Source of the DNA: Patescibacteria group bacterium
GTDB taxonomy: Bacteria > Patescibacteriota > Patescibacteriia > Patescibacteriales > GWC2-42-12
Reading direction: 5' to 3'
NCBI GenBank assembly: GCA_041662965.1
Contig: JBAZRI010000001.1
Coordinates: 227,680-291,679 of the forward strand
Length of the DNA stretch: 64,000 nt
Shown here in pieces: positions 7,549 through 16,595 of this stretch. The first letter of the stretch is position 1. Every line of letters starts with the position of its first letter. The notes under the pieces are model-generated. The model worked only from the letters and a program-made list of their open reading frames with translations. It was not told the origin of the DNA and did no database searches. A program made the translations under genes and the position numbers.

Positions 7549-8277
7549 ATGAAAAAACAGTTTTTAGTATTAGCGGTTATGGTTGCTATTGTCTTTGGTT
7601 TTACAGCCATAGTAATGGCGGAGAATAATCTCCAGCGTCATTTTGTCTATTTTCAAGTGGGCAAATCTGATGTCGACAAGCAAAAGGTTTTGGATAAGTT
7701 GGTCAATATTAAGTCGGATTCCATCGTAGAAATATACGGGTATACTGACGAGAGAGGGCGAGCGGATATTAATATTCCGTTGGCTCAAAAAAGATCTGAG
7801 ACTATCGCTGGCGTGGTTAAAGGGGTAATGCCTGAAGTTAAGATTCGGGTAGTGAAGGGCATGCCTTATACCGACGACAAGTCGGTTAATGCCACGAGCG
7901 GGGAGATCAGAATTTACACGCCTGTTAAGGTAGCTCCGGCAGTTGTGGTTGAGCAGAAAGATTATTTACTCAACAAGTATGGATTTTATTTTATAGTCGT
8001 GGGTATAATCGGTCTCTGCTCTATTCTTGGTTTACTGATATGGATTTTGCGTAAATTTTTCATAAAGGCTAAACTTGTTTGGCCCCGGGAACTTTCGGAG
8101 ATCGCGGAGATGTTTCTGGAAAAATTGAACGGAAAAGACGTGAAAAATTGCCCGTTCTGCGGAATGGAAGTAGGCGGGAAAAATTACGTCGGGCACCTTC
8201 GCAGGTGCGTTAAGTCTCCGCTTTTTGAGAAAGACGCAGATGAAACAAAAACAATACTAATGGAAGCGAGGAGGTAA
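7549..8277 (+). CDS. OmpA-like peptidoglycan-binding domain protein with a central TM and a C-terminal CCHC zinc-ribbon-like tail
   Basis: Signal/anchor MKKQFLVLAVMVAIVFGFTAIVMA. OmpA_C-like segment FVYFQVGKSDV..IVEIYGYTDERGRADINIPLAQKRSETI. TM FYFIVVGIIGLCSILGLLIWIL. Tail motif CPFCG..HLRRC. Confidence 0.6.
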   Translation: MKKQFLVLAVMVAIVFGFTAIVMAENNLQRHFVYFQVGKSDVDKQKVLDKLVNIKSDSIVEIYGYTDERGRADINIPLAQKRSETIAGVVKGVMPEVKIRVVKGMPYTDDKSVNATSGEIRIYTPVKVAPAVVVEQKDYLLNKYGFYFIVVGIIGLCSILGLLIWILRKFFIKAKLVWPRELSEIAEMFLEKLNGKDVKNCPFCGMEVGGKNYVGHLRRCVKSPLFEKDADETKTILMEARR

Positions 8278-8281
8278 CAAA

Positions 8282-9256
8282 ATGAAGAAGACACAGAAGA
8301 TTATAGGATTGTTGTTGGCGCTTCTGTTAGTTACAGGTTGCGCCGCGAAGAACATGACGGTAAAAGAGTCGTTTGAATTGCCCCCTAACCCGAATTCGGT
8401 GCTTATTCAGACCGAAAAGGGAAAACAGGCGATTGTTCCAGAAAAAAAGCCTTATGTGGCTTATTTGATTCCTGTGAATCCGATTCTGGAGTTTGCCAGT
8501 AGGTTCGGTATCCGCCAGGATTTGTACCTGGAAGAGAAGGGCAGCAAACCAGAGAAACTTTCCGGCGAGAACTATATTGGCACTAAGATTCCTTGGGGAA
8601 CGAAATTGCATATCCTGGTCACTGACTTCAATAATAAGATTAATATGGACAGAAAAGGGTATATCGGTTCCCGCGACCAAGCAGGCCAACTCCGTCAATA
8701 CGGCCTGGACGGCAAGACCGTCTATGGGCAGTACGAGGAACGCTTTAACTGGGGGAAGATCAAGTCCCTTAAGGAAAGTGGCGTTATCCGGCTGGAAGTT
8801 CAACCCGACGACGCGAATGATAAGTTGATCAGCGAGTCCTTGAATAAAATCGCAGCCCAGGTTGATAAGTTAAATATTCCTAATTTAACAGAGCGGGTGC
8901 TAAGAAAGATTGGTGTTATAACCAGCCAAGATCTGATCATTGGTTTAGGCTTGGTACCCAGAGTAGAGGGGCTAATATTTATGTTCGGAGTACGAATTTT
9001 CCCTGTAATCATGGAGATCGCCGGTGCAGGAGAGCCTAATGGTCCACATCTGGAGCAATCCGTGATCACGAACTACGACCTCGGAAAAACATTAGCCGAG
9101 GAGATTGCGCCGATAAAGAGCATGATGGCCGAGCGCGATGAGGTGCAGGTCAGGGAATATCTCAAGATTCTGGCCGAGCACAATCGTGTGCTTAAGGCTC
9201 AAGAGGCCCTTCAGCAGCAGTACCAGTTACGGCTGGAGGAAAATAAAAAACCTTAA
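8282..9256 (+). CDS. Lipoprotein of unknown function with a C-terminal hydrophobic segment and coiled coil
   Basis: Lipobox LLLVTGC, strong SD AGGAGG 7 nt upstream, 4-nt gap from the upstream gene. Confidence 0.6.
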   Translation: MKKTQKIIGLLLALLLVTGCAAKNMTVKESFELPPNPNSVLIQTEKGKQAIVPEKKPYVAYLIPVNPILEFASRFGIRQDLYLEEKGSKPEKLSGENYIGTKIPWGTKLHILVTDFNNKINMDRKGYIGSRDQAGQLRQYGLDGKTVYGQYEERFNWGKIKSLKESGVIRLEVQPDDANDKLISESLNKIAAQVDKLNIPNLTERVLRKIGVITSQDLIIGLGLVPRVEGLIFMFGVRIFPVIMEIAGAGEPNGPHLEQSVITNYDLGKTLAEEIAPIKSMMAERDEVQVREYLKILAEHNRVLKAQEALQQQYQLRLEENKKP

Positions 9257-9277
9257 TGAAAGATGAGAGGTGGACAG

Positions 9278-10993
9278 ATGAGACGATTGATTTTATTTTT
9301 TGCGGCTCTATTTCTCTGCGCGACCTCTCATCTTGCCCTTGCCGATGAAGGCAAGGTTCAATATGAGCTGGTTACGCCGGAAGTTAGAGCGACGGCTGAA
9401 CACCGAGTAAAATATGGCGAATCGTTATGGGGTATTTTTAAAAAATACTATGGCGAGAATCCATCGGTGAATAAATGCCGCCGTTTGGCAGAATTAAACG
9501 CGATAAAGGATCCGAACCGCATTCGTGCGGGGCAGGTAATCAAGATCTATAAACCCTTAATCATGTTGCAAACTTCGGTCGTGTCTAATCGAACGACTGT
9601 TTCATTGCCAAAAGCCGCGGACAATGCGGTAGCGGCTTTGAAAAAAAGCTTGCGACAAGCGGATATAAAAATGTCCATCCCGGACGACTTAGCTCAAAAG
9701 GTTGTTATAGGGCTAGAGTCTTCTGAAACAATTCATCAATTAAACGGTGAAATTGTGGCCGCGACGACTTATGGCAAGTCGGCCCAAGGATGGACAAAAA
9801 TTGTGGCAAAAGGCGAGGTATCGGGCAAAAGTACAATTACAAGCATTAATGAAAATTACGCTGCTTTAGCAACACTTGCTAAGCAGTGTAAGAACGTCAT
9901 TATCCAGCTTGTGAAAAAAGTGCTTCCGCCGCCGCCACCGCCTAAAGTGGAAATACCGCCGCCACCGCCTAAAGTGGAAATACCGCCGCCTCCGCCGATG
10001 CCGCCGATATTACCACCGCCAGAGTTGTACAGTAAGCCGTTGGAACGGTTTTTAACGGTCTTGTATCGGGAGGCGGTTTGCCCGAACTGCGAGTTTGATT
10101 TAGCAGTCGGCAAGGTGCATCAGGATTATACTGATGACGCGCAAGATTATTCAACCTGGTTATATGCCGCAGTTAGGTGCCAAGTTTGGACCGATAAGGA
10201 TGGCAATATCCACAAAGCCGGCGTATATATTAACGGCAGCAAGTGGGAAGGTGATTGGAAGAAAACGTTTGATTTTGAAGGGAAAATTGAAACCTTCGGG
10301 GTTGAGCATAGAATCCAAACACCGGACAACCAAGAGTATATTTTCCGTATCGGTTATCGCACGCGCCAAGATCTTGGCGCTTCAAGCGATATCTACGGCA
10401 GATATCAAACGGAGACTAACTATAAGGCCCTGGTGTTTGAATCCGAGATCGACGACAATTCCCGTATTAACGAATTGTTTTTCTCAAGATTTAAGGTCGG
10501 CGTAGCCCTGATTACCGAGCTGTCGTCAAGCAGGTATTCAACCTGGACCAATAGTCTAAATGGTCAGGTGATTAACCTTAATGAAAAGCCTGACATAACT
10601 TCCGGGCTGGAATTTAAAAGCGAAATAAGAATTTTTAGTGACAAGCGCAAGCTGGTCACGCTATCGCTTGAGAGTTGGGTTAATTTTCTGTTTGACGGTG
10701 ATTCGGTTTATAAGTTGACCCCATATTTCGGAATCTTGGGCGATTCCTTAAAAATCGGGTATCAAGCTACCGGCCGAAACACCAATGGCAGTCATGCCTT
10801 TGGCAGTGGGTTTGCTTGGCAGCTTAATCTGGGCCAGCTATATGATTATTTAAAGTATAAAGGCTGGGACAGCGGGATTCCCCAACCCGAAATGAACATT
10901 TTCATCAACCCTGATGCCGTGCTTTACGGATCTACATCGGTGGCTGGTGGAGGAGATGTTTTCACTGACCCTGGCGCGTTATTAGAAAATTAA
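9278..10993 (+). CDS. Secreted LysM-domain protein with a poly-proline linker and a beta-rich C-terminal domain
   Basis: Signal peptide MRRLILFFAALFLCATSHLALA. LysM-like HRVKYGESLWGIFKKYYG..LNAIKDPNRIRAGQVIKI. Linker PPPPPPKVEIPPPPPKVEIPPPPP. About 330 aa with alternating aromatic and polar residues. Confidence 0.6.
   Translation: MRRLILFFAALFLCATSHLALADEGKVQYELVTPEVRATAEHRVKYGESLWGIFKKYYGENPSVNKCRRLAELNAIKDPNRIRAGQVIKIYKPLIMLQTSVVSNRTTVSLPKAADNAVAALKKSLRQADIKMSIPDDLAQKVVIGLESSETIHQLNGEIVAATTYGKSAQGWTKIVAKGEVSGKSTITSINENYAALATLAKQCKNVIIQLVKKVLPPPPPPKVEIPPPPPKVEIPPPPPMPPILPPPELYSKPLERFLTVLYREAVCPNCEFDLAVGKVHQDYTDDAQDYSTWLYAAVRCQVWTDKDGNIHKAGVYINGSKWEGDWKKTFDFEGKIETFGVEHRIQTPDNQEYIFRIGYRTRQDLGASSDIYGRYQTETNYKALVFESEIDDNSRINELFFSRFKVGVALITELSSSRYSTWTNSLNGQVINLNEKPDITSGLEFKSEIRIFSDKRKLVTLSLESWVNFLFDGDSVYKLTPYFGILGDSLKIGYQATGRNTNGSHAFGSGFAWQLNLGQLYDYLKYKGWDSGIPQPEMNIFINPDAVLYGSTSVAGGGDVFTDPGALLEN
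9929..9982 (+). repeat. Perfect 2 x 27-bp tandem repeat encoding PPPPPKVEI
   Basis: ccgccgccaccgcctaaagtggaaata occurs twice in tandem inside the LysM protein CDS. Confidence 0.85.
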
Positions 10994-11394
10994 GGCGCAA
11001 GGGTCATAATTTCCGAAAATTATATTGTTGAGTTTCAGAGCTTAGCTGCGTAATTTAAATTACGTGGCGGCCGAGCCGAGTCATTGGTTTAAAATCAAGA
11101 GACGGAGCCGAAACAGTAGACAATATTGTTAAAGGAAATAGTAGCACATTACAATGCATAGAATCAGCTTAATACGCTGTTATAATATATGGTGGCGATT
11201 TCTTTAAAAAGAAATCGCCACCCACCCAATTTCTTTACAAATCAAGAAAAATTATATTTAATAATATAAGCTAGAAGAAAGATAAGTTTAGGTAAATAAT
11301 TTATCTAAAATTACGTTTCTTTTAACAAGCCTAAAAATATTCACGGATGTTCCGTGAAAAAAATAAAGGCAAAATATTCATTAGGGAGGTGCAC

Positions 11395-11982
11395 ATGAAA
11401 AGATTATTGATAATTGCAGTAATGTTGGCAGTCATCGCCGTTGGTGCAAACCTGGCAATGGCGGCCGAGTTAAGGGATCTTGACAAGGAAGGAAACGGTT
11501 TTATTATTGAGGCAACTGCGACGGGTTTTACCGTTACGGTTATTGACAGGTTTACAAAATTGTCAGCACCATTTACGGGGCCGGATGCTAGTAGTTGGAT
11601 CCAGGAAAAAGGGGGCGTATCGCTGATCTCCACGGCCGGTTGGGTCGTGGATGGTAAAAAGGGCAACGCCAAGAGTGCGTCCTATGATGTCAAGGCAGGG
11701 GAAGGCAAGGCGGTTTATGTTTTTGCGGTCAACCCTTCAGTGGTTGGTAAACCGGTTAATGTTGCCGTGAGCAACGGGTCGGTAAACGACCAGCGGTCAA
11801 TCTGGCTGTGTCCGCCCTGGACCAGCCAAGTATTCTTCGCACGGGCGAACAACGCCCACCCGGACGGCGAGCACATGATATTCTTCCAGCTGGAAGGGGA
11901 AATCGTGCGCTCCGTCGTTGATGAGGCAAAAAAGGGAGGTTGGATTCCGGCGGCCGTTTACCATGCCGCCAAAATGAAATAA
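11395..11982 (+). CDS. Secreted hypothetical protein
   Basis: SD GGGAGGT upstream of the ATG at 11395, signal peptide MKRLLIIAVMLAVIAVGANLAMA. No family recognised. Confidence 0.5.
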   Translation: MKRLLIIAVMLAVIAVGANLAMAAELRDLDKEGNGFIIEATATGFTVTVIDRFTKLSAPFTGPDASSWIQEKGGVSLISTAGWVVDGKKGNAKSASYDVKAGEGKAVYVFAVNPSVVGKPVNVAVSNGSVNDQRSIWLCPPWTSQVFFARANNAHPDGEHMIFFQLEGEIVRSVVDEAKKGGWIPAAVYHAAKMK

Positions 11983-12007
11983 ATCGCTTTGCGAAGCAAA
12001 GCCAAAT

Positions 12008-12044
12008 GGGTAACCTGCAGTCACGCGGGTTACCCTCTTTTTTT
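12008..12044. terminator. Bidirectional hairpin terminator between convergent genes
   Basis: GGGTAACC-tgcagtcacgcg-GGTTACCC followed by tcttttttt. Confidence 0.7.
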
Positions 12045-13428
12045 AGGAGACTTCTTTTAAATTCGCGTAAGCTATGACGGCGCCGGTGTAGCTCCAAATC
12101 AAAAATTGCAAAGGCATGGTGCGAAGAATATTGTCGCCTAATGATATAGCTAAGATGCCCAGCCAAAGAATAATTAAACTAAAGAGATAATTTCTAATAT
12201 ATTTGCTGTCCGTTTTATAAAGTTTATAGATTAAAATAAATAATGATATAAATATGCTTATATATATTGCCAGGCCGATAATGCCCAACTCTATCAGGAG
12301 GCGGAGGTAATCATTATGAGCCTGGAGCGATTCATAAGTTTTTGCTTCATCATTATATTTTAAATTTATATTTTTAAAACTGCCTAAACCGTAGCCGAGA
12401 ACCGGGGCGTTCGTAAAGGCCGGCAAGGTAGTCTCAATAATTTTAAGCCGGGTAATAAGGGAACTATTATATTTTGGGTTAAAAACGTCGTTGACGCGTT
12501 CATTTATCGCGGGAGTGAAAAGATAAGCTAGAAAAATTAAAGCAGTAATAGCGACTAGAAATTTACGGCTTTTAAATAAGCCGAAGACTAAAGACATTGC
12601 TAAAAGACCAATCCAGGCGCCGCGCGTTAAAGTTATAAGCGCAATAAATAAATTTAAAAGCAGTAAAACAGCCAAGGGAATTTTTTTGCTTTTATTAATT
12701 TTATTGGACAATAAAGCATAAATAATAGGCAGAGTAGATATGAGATAAAAGGCTAAAGTAGCCGGATGCGAGAAGGTGCCATCAACCCTGTAAGCCATTA
12801 TAGTTTTATCCCACCACCCGCTAACGGTAAAATATTGATAAAAAGAGATTAAGCAGGGAAATAGAGAGCCGAATAATATTGCCGCGATAAGTTGATAAAA
12901 ATTATTTTTATTTTTTACCGCCAATATGGAATAAATAAATAAAATAAAAATAATAATGATCCGGGATAATTCTATGGCGGATGATGTTTTATCTATTGAA
13001 TATATGACGCTTAGAGCGGAGGTTATTAAAAACAAAAAAAATAAAGTTATTACTTTGTATTTTTTTATTAACTCGATTGTTGGCTTAATGTTTCTTAATA
13101 AAAATATACCGCCGAAGGCTAAAACCATCAAATCTATAACAAAGTTAAAATTAAAGGAAATATTATTAAAATTGCCCACGATTATCGTTTCCGATATGTC
13201 TCTTAAACTCGGCGTGATTAAAAAAATGAAGAATAAAAAATATATTGGTTTATATAAAAAAAGAGGAGATAGGCCAAGCAGCAACCCAAGCATTAATTTC
13301 ATATAAATAGTTGCATCAAGCGAGAGAACGGCAAAAAACAATATTAAGGCTAATATTAAATAACTTATTGCTAGCACGCCTGGTTGCCCTTGACTTTTTT
13401 TATAAAATATATTATTATGTAAGGTCAT
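12043..13428 (-). CDS. O-antigen ligase / polymerase-like (Wzy_C family) membrane protein
   Basis: About 11 TM segments, the LTRGAWIGLLAMSL motif, and a large loop with SLQAHNDYLRLLIELG. Confidence 0.7.
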   Translation of the reverse strand: MTLHNNIFYKKSQGQPGVLAISYLILALILFFAVLSLDATIYMKLMLGLLLGLSPLFLYKPIYFLFFIFLITPSLRDISETIIVGNFNNISFNFNFVIDLMVLAFGGIFLLRNIKPTIELIKKYKVITLFFLFLITSALSVIYSIDKTSSAIELSRIIIIFILFIYSILAVKNKNNFYQLIAAILFGSLFPCLISFYQYFTVSGWWDKTIMAYRVDGTFSHPATLAFYLISTLPIIYALLSNKINKSKKIPLAVLLLLNLFIALITLTRGAWIGLLAMSLVFGLFKSRKFLVAITALIFLAYLFTPAINERVNDVFNPKYNSSLITRLKIIETTLPAFTNAPVLGYGLGSFKNINLKYNDEAKTYESLQAHNDYLRLLIELGIIGLAIYISIFISLFILIYKLYKTDSKYIRNYLFSLIILWLGILAISLGDNILRTMPLQFLIWSYTGAVIAYANLKEVS

Positions 13429-13433
13429 AAAAA

Positions 13434-13441
13434 TGTATAAT
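13434..13441 (+). promoter_or_regulatory. Extended -10 box (TGtTATAAT) 7 nt upstream of the ATG at 13449 (leaderless-type spacing)
   Basis: tgtataat then taaatag then ATG. An upstream TTGACT (13390) with a 17-nt spacer to TATTAT is also present. Confidence 0.4.
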
Positions 13442-13448
13442 TAAATAG

Positions 13449-14453
13449 ATGAAGAAACACCAATACAATCAATATTACTCCAAAATCTCGATTATTAGAA
13501 GGCATATTAAGACTAGTCTGCCATATTTAAATATTAGCAAATTTTTAAATATTTTGCTATCAAAAATAGGAGAGGCTATAGGTTTGGAAATAATCAGGCC
13601 CAAACCTTTTTTTATAAAGATTGAGCCGACAAATAAATGTAATCTACGTTGCCCCGGCTGCCGGCAAGCGCTTGGGGAAAAAGATCATATGCCAGGCGGC
13701 TATTTCGGCGATATGGATTTTTCCGCATTCGCTAAAATAATTGATGAGTTGAAAAAGTATTTGGTAAAAGTCTCTCTTTATTTTGAGGGCGAATCTCTAA
13801 TCAACGGGCAAATCAGTCAGATGGTTAAATATTTATCCGATAGAAATATTGGCAGTGTTATTAGCACTAATTTTAATTATCTGCCGGATAAATTAGCCGA
13901 AGAGCTGGTCGCCAATAGATTAACTCATTTGATAGTATGTCTTGACGGCTATAACGAAGAAACATATCAGAGATACAGGCGAGGAGGCAGTTTTCAAAAA
14001 GTTGTTGAGAATATAAAAAAAATTCAGATAGAAAAAAATAAACAAAAATCAAAATATCCGTTGGTTGAAATACAAACAATCAATTTTTCATATTATTCAA
14101 GCGAAGAGAAAGAGAAGATTAAATTACTGGCCGAAAAATTGGGCGCGGATTATTTCACTTTTAAAGATGATCTAAATTCTTATTATAATAATCCGCGGCC
14201 GGCGGGTAAAAGATGCTTTTGGTTGTATGGCCACCCGGCATTCCGTTGGGACGGCGAAGTCCAGCCATGCTGCTATTATTATAATAAGGAAGATAATAAT
14301 TTTGGGAATATTAAGGAGAGTAGCGTAAGACAAATATGGAATAATAAAAAATACCGCGCCGCCAGAAGGTATTTTAAGAACGGCGAGAAAGATAAATCAT
14401 TAAATATCCGTTGTTACTATTGCGATTTTTTTAAATATGAAAATAATAAATAA
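13449..14453 (+). CDS. Radical SAM protein with a Cys-rich SPASM/twitch-like C-terminus (paralog 1 of 3)
   Basis: CNLRCPGC (CX3CX2C) cluster motif. C-terminal GEVQPCCYYY ... NIRCYYCDFF. Confidence 0.75.
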   Translation: MKKHQYNQYYSKISIIRRHIKTSLPYLNISKFLNILLSKIGEAIGLEIIRPKPFFIKIEPTNKCNLRCPGCRQALGEKDHMPGGYFGDMDFSAFAKIIDELKKYLVKVSLYFEGESLINGQISQMVKYLSDRNIGSVISTNFNYLPDKLAEELVANRLTHLIVCLDGYNEETYQRYRRGGSFQKVVENIKKIQIEKNKQKSKYPLVEIQTINFSYYSSEEKEKIKLLAEKLGADYFTFKDDLNSYYNNPRPAGKRCFWLYGHPAFRWDGEVQPCCYYYNKEDNNFGNIKESSVRQIWNNKKYRAARRYFKNGEKDKSLNIRCYYCDFFKYENNK

Positions 14454-15426
14454 ACAACCTCGCACCGCGACTTTAGCCGTAACTTATAGATGCAATTCAC
14501 GTTGCCGGATGTGCAATATCTGGCGAAGTAAAATTGCCGACAGCCTAAAGCCGGCTGACTATTTAAAATTGCCGAAAAGTTTAAATGATATAAATATTAC
14601 CGGCGGCGAACCATTTTTAAGGGATGATTTATTAGAGATATTGGATAGTATTTTTAAAAGATGCAACCCTGAAAGATTGGTTATTTCATCCAACGGTTTT
14701 TTAACCGACCGGATAGTCGGTCTAGCTAAAATAATCTTAAAGCGTAGCTATGCCGACCGCGTTATTATCGCTTTGTCTCTGGACGCTCTAGGCAAAAAGC
14801 ATAATGAAATCCGGGGAGTCGTTAATGCTTTTGAACTGGTTATTAACACAATAACCGAATTAAAAAGAATCGGCTTTAATAATATCGGCCTAGGTTTTAC
14901 TTTTATCTCCGGGAATGAAGATCAGTATTTACCCGTCTATGAATTCGCCAAGAAGAATAACTTAAATTTCGGCGCGACTATCGCCCATAACGCGGAAAAT
15001 TATTTTTCTACGGACAATAATGAAAAACCTGATTATAAAATAATTAAAAAGCAGACTGATTATTATATTGGTGAAAAAATAGAATCGTTTAAAAAAAATG
15101 AGCTGGGCAAATGCTATTATATGCATGGCTTAGCTTATTATGCCAGGACGGGGAAAGCGTTAGTTAATTGTGACGCTATGCGCGGGTCATTTTTCATAGA
15201 TCCGCGGGGCAATATTTATCCCTGTAATATTTTAACCGATATCGCCGGCAATTTACTTGAGGCAGATTTTAAGAATATTTGGCAAAGCCGGGCGGCTGAT
15301 AAAATTAGATGTAAAACAAAAAATTGTCCGACTGCCTGCTGGATGGTCTGCACGGCCAAGCCGGGGATAAAAAAACACTGGCTAAAAACAGGGCTTTGGT
15401 TAATTAAACGTAAATTGAAGCAATAA
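14437..15426 (+). CDS. Radical SAM / SPASM-domain protein (paralog 2 of 3)
   Basis: CNSRCRMC cluster motif, GGEPFL. C-terminal IDPRGNIYPC ... CKTKNCPTACWMVC. Overlaps the upstream gene by 17 nt. Confidence 0.75.
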   Translation: MKIINKQPRTATLAVTYRCNSRCRMCNIWRSKIADSLKPADYLKLPKSLNDINITGGEPFLRDDLLEILDSIFKRCNPERLVISSNGFLTDRIVGLAKIILKRSYADRVIIALSLDALGKKHNEIRGVVNAFELVINTITELKRIGFNNIGLGFTFISGNEDQYLPVYEFAKKNNLNFGATIAHNAENYFSTDNNEKPDYKIIKKQTDYYIGEKIESFKKNELGKCYYMHGLAYYARTGKALVNCDAMRGSFFIDPRGNIYPCNILTDIAGNLLEADFKNIWQSRAADKIRCKTKNCPTACWMVCTAKPGIKKHWLKTGLWLIKRKLKQ

Positions 15427-15429
15427 AAT

Positions 15430-16533
15430 ATGTTTAATAAACATAAAACAATTAAATACGGTAAAATTGCTTTAGCCAAATTAAAGAATATATTTGTTGG
15501 CAATATTTATTTAAGGACAGGATTATTTATGCCCCGGCCGACTAAATTATATTATTTGATGTCAAATAAATGTAATTTTCGCTGTCAAATGTGCCCGCAA
15601 TGGAAAATCGGAGAAGGTGAAAATATTAGTGGTTATATTAGCGAAAACAGAATTAAAGAGATAATTAAAGAAATGGCAAAATTAAAAATTTTTGAATTTG
15701 GAATTTCCGGCGGCGAACCTTTAATTTTTAAAGACAAATTATTAAGGCTGTTAAAATATGCTAATGAGCAAGGTCTCTATACCCATTTCGCGACCAACGG
15801 CAGCTTATTAACCGAAGAATTTTTAGAAAAATATGATAACTTCGGCGGCGGCCATATTTCACTGTCTTTGGACGCGGGCGAAATTTTACATGACAGCTTG
15901 CGCGGATTCCCCGGCGCTTATAAAAACGCCATGGCAGTGATGAAAATATCCAGCGGTAATAAATATAAAAATATAAATTTAAAAATTAACATTACGTTGA
16001 CTAATGAAAATTTAGATGAAATAAGCCCCTTGCTCATGAAAGCAAAAGAAATTGGCGCGATGGTTTTTATCCAGCCTTATGATGCCTACGATTACGGCAA
16101 TAAAAATATAGATTATAAAGAAAATAATTATCCATTATGGGTTAAAAAAGAAAATTATTTTAAATTAAAAAAATTAATCAGTAAATTATTAGAATTTAAA
16201 AGAAAAAATCCGGAGATATTATTAAACGACGAAAAACACTTGAAAGTTTTTTATAGTTATTTTACCGATAGCAATTATTCAGCCAAGTGCTATGCCGCCA
16301 TAGACCAAGTAACTATAGATCCTTTCGGCAATGTGATATTATGTAAATTCGGAAAAATTGTTAATTTGCGTGACACCAGCTTAAAGGATTATATATATAG
16401 CAAAAAAAGAAAAGATATCGTTAAGGCCAGCCTGCAATGCGGTGAAGGTTGTTTGCTTGGTTGTATGTTTAAGCCAAGTCTTATAGATTTAATCAGACAC
16501 GGAAGCAAGCAGTTCTTTAAATTAATAAAATAA
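15430..16533 (+). CDS. Radical SAM / SPASM-like protein (paralog 3 of 3)
   Basis: CNFRCQMC cluster motif, SGGEPLI. C-terminal IDPFGNVILC ... LQCGEGCLLGC. 3-nt gap from the upstream gene. Confidence 0.75.
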   Translation: MFNKHKTIKYGKIALAKLKNIFVGNIYLRTGLFMPRPTKLYYLMSNKCNFRCQMCPQWKIGEGENISGYISENRIKEIIKEMAKLKIFEFGISGGEPLIFKDKLLRLLKYANEQGLYTHFATNGSLLTEEFLEKYDNFGGGHISLSLDAGEILHDSLRGFPGAYKNAMAVMKISSGNKYKNINLKINITLTNENLDEISPLLMKAKEIGAMVFIQPYDAYDYGNKNIDYKENNYPLWVKKENYFKLKKLISKLLEFKRKNPEILLNDEKHLKVFYSYFTDSNYSAKCYAAIDQVTIDPFGNVILCKFGKIVNLRDTSLKDYIYSKKRKDIVKASLQCGEGCLLGCMFKPSLIDLIRHGSKQFFKLIK

Positions 16534-16595
16534 AAAAAGCGGACAGGGACAAGAATTTTTCTTGTGTATCCGCAATTGAGTGCCTACTTGTTGGT

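Noticed and set aside
9980-10993. Calling the C-terminal domain of the LysM protein an outer-membrane beta-barrel.
   Set aside because: There is no C-terminal aromatic signature (the protein ends ...GALLEN), I cannot count strands reliably by eye, and no outer-membrane biogenesis genes are in view. It is kept only as a low-confidence hypothesis in the findings.
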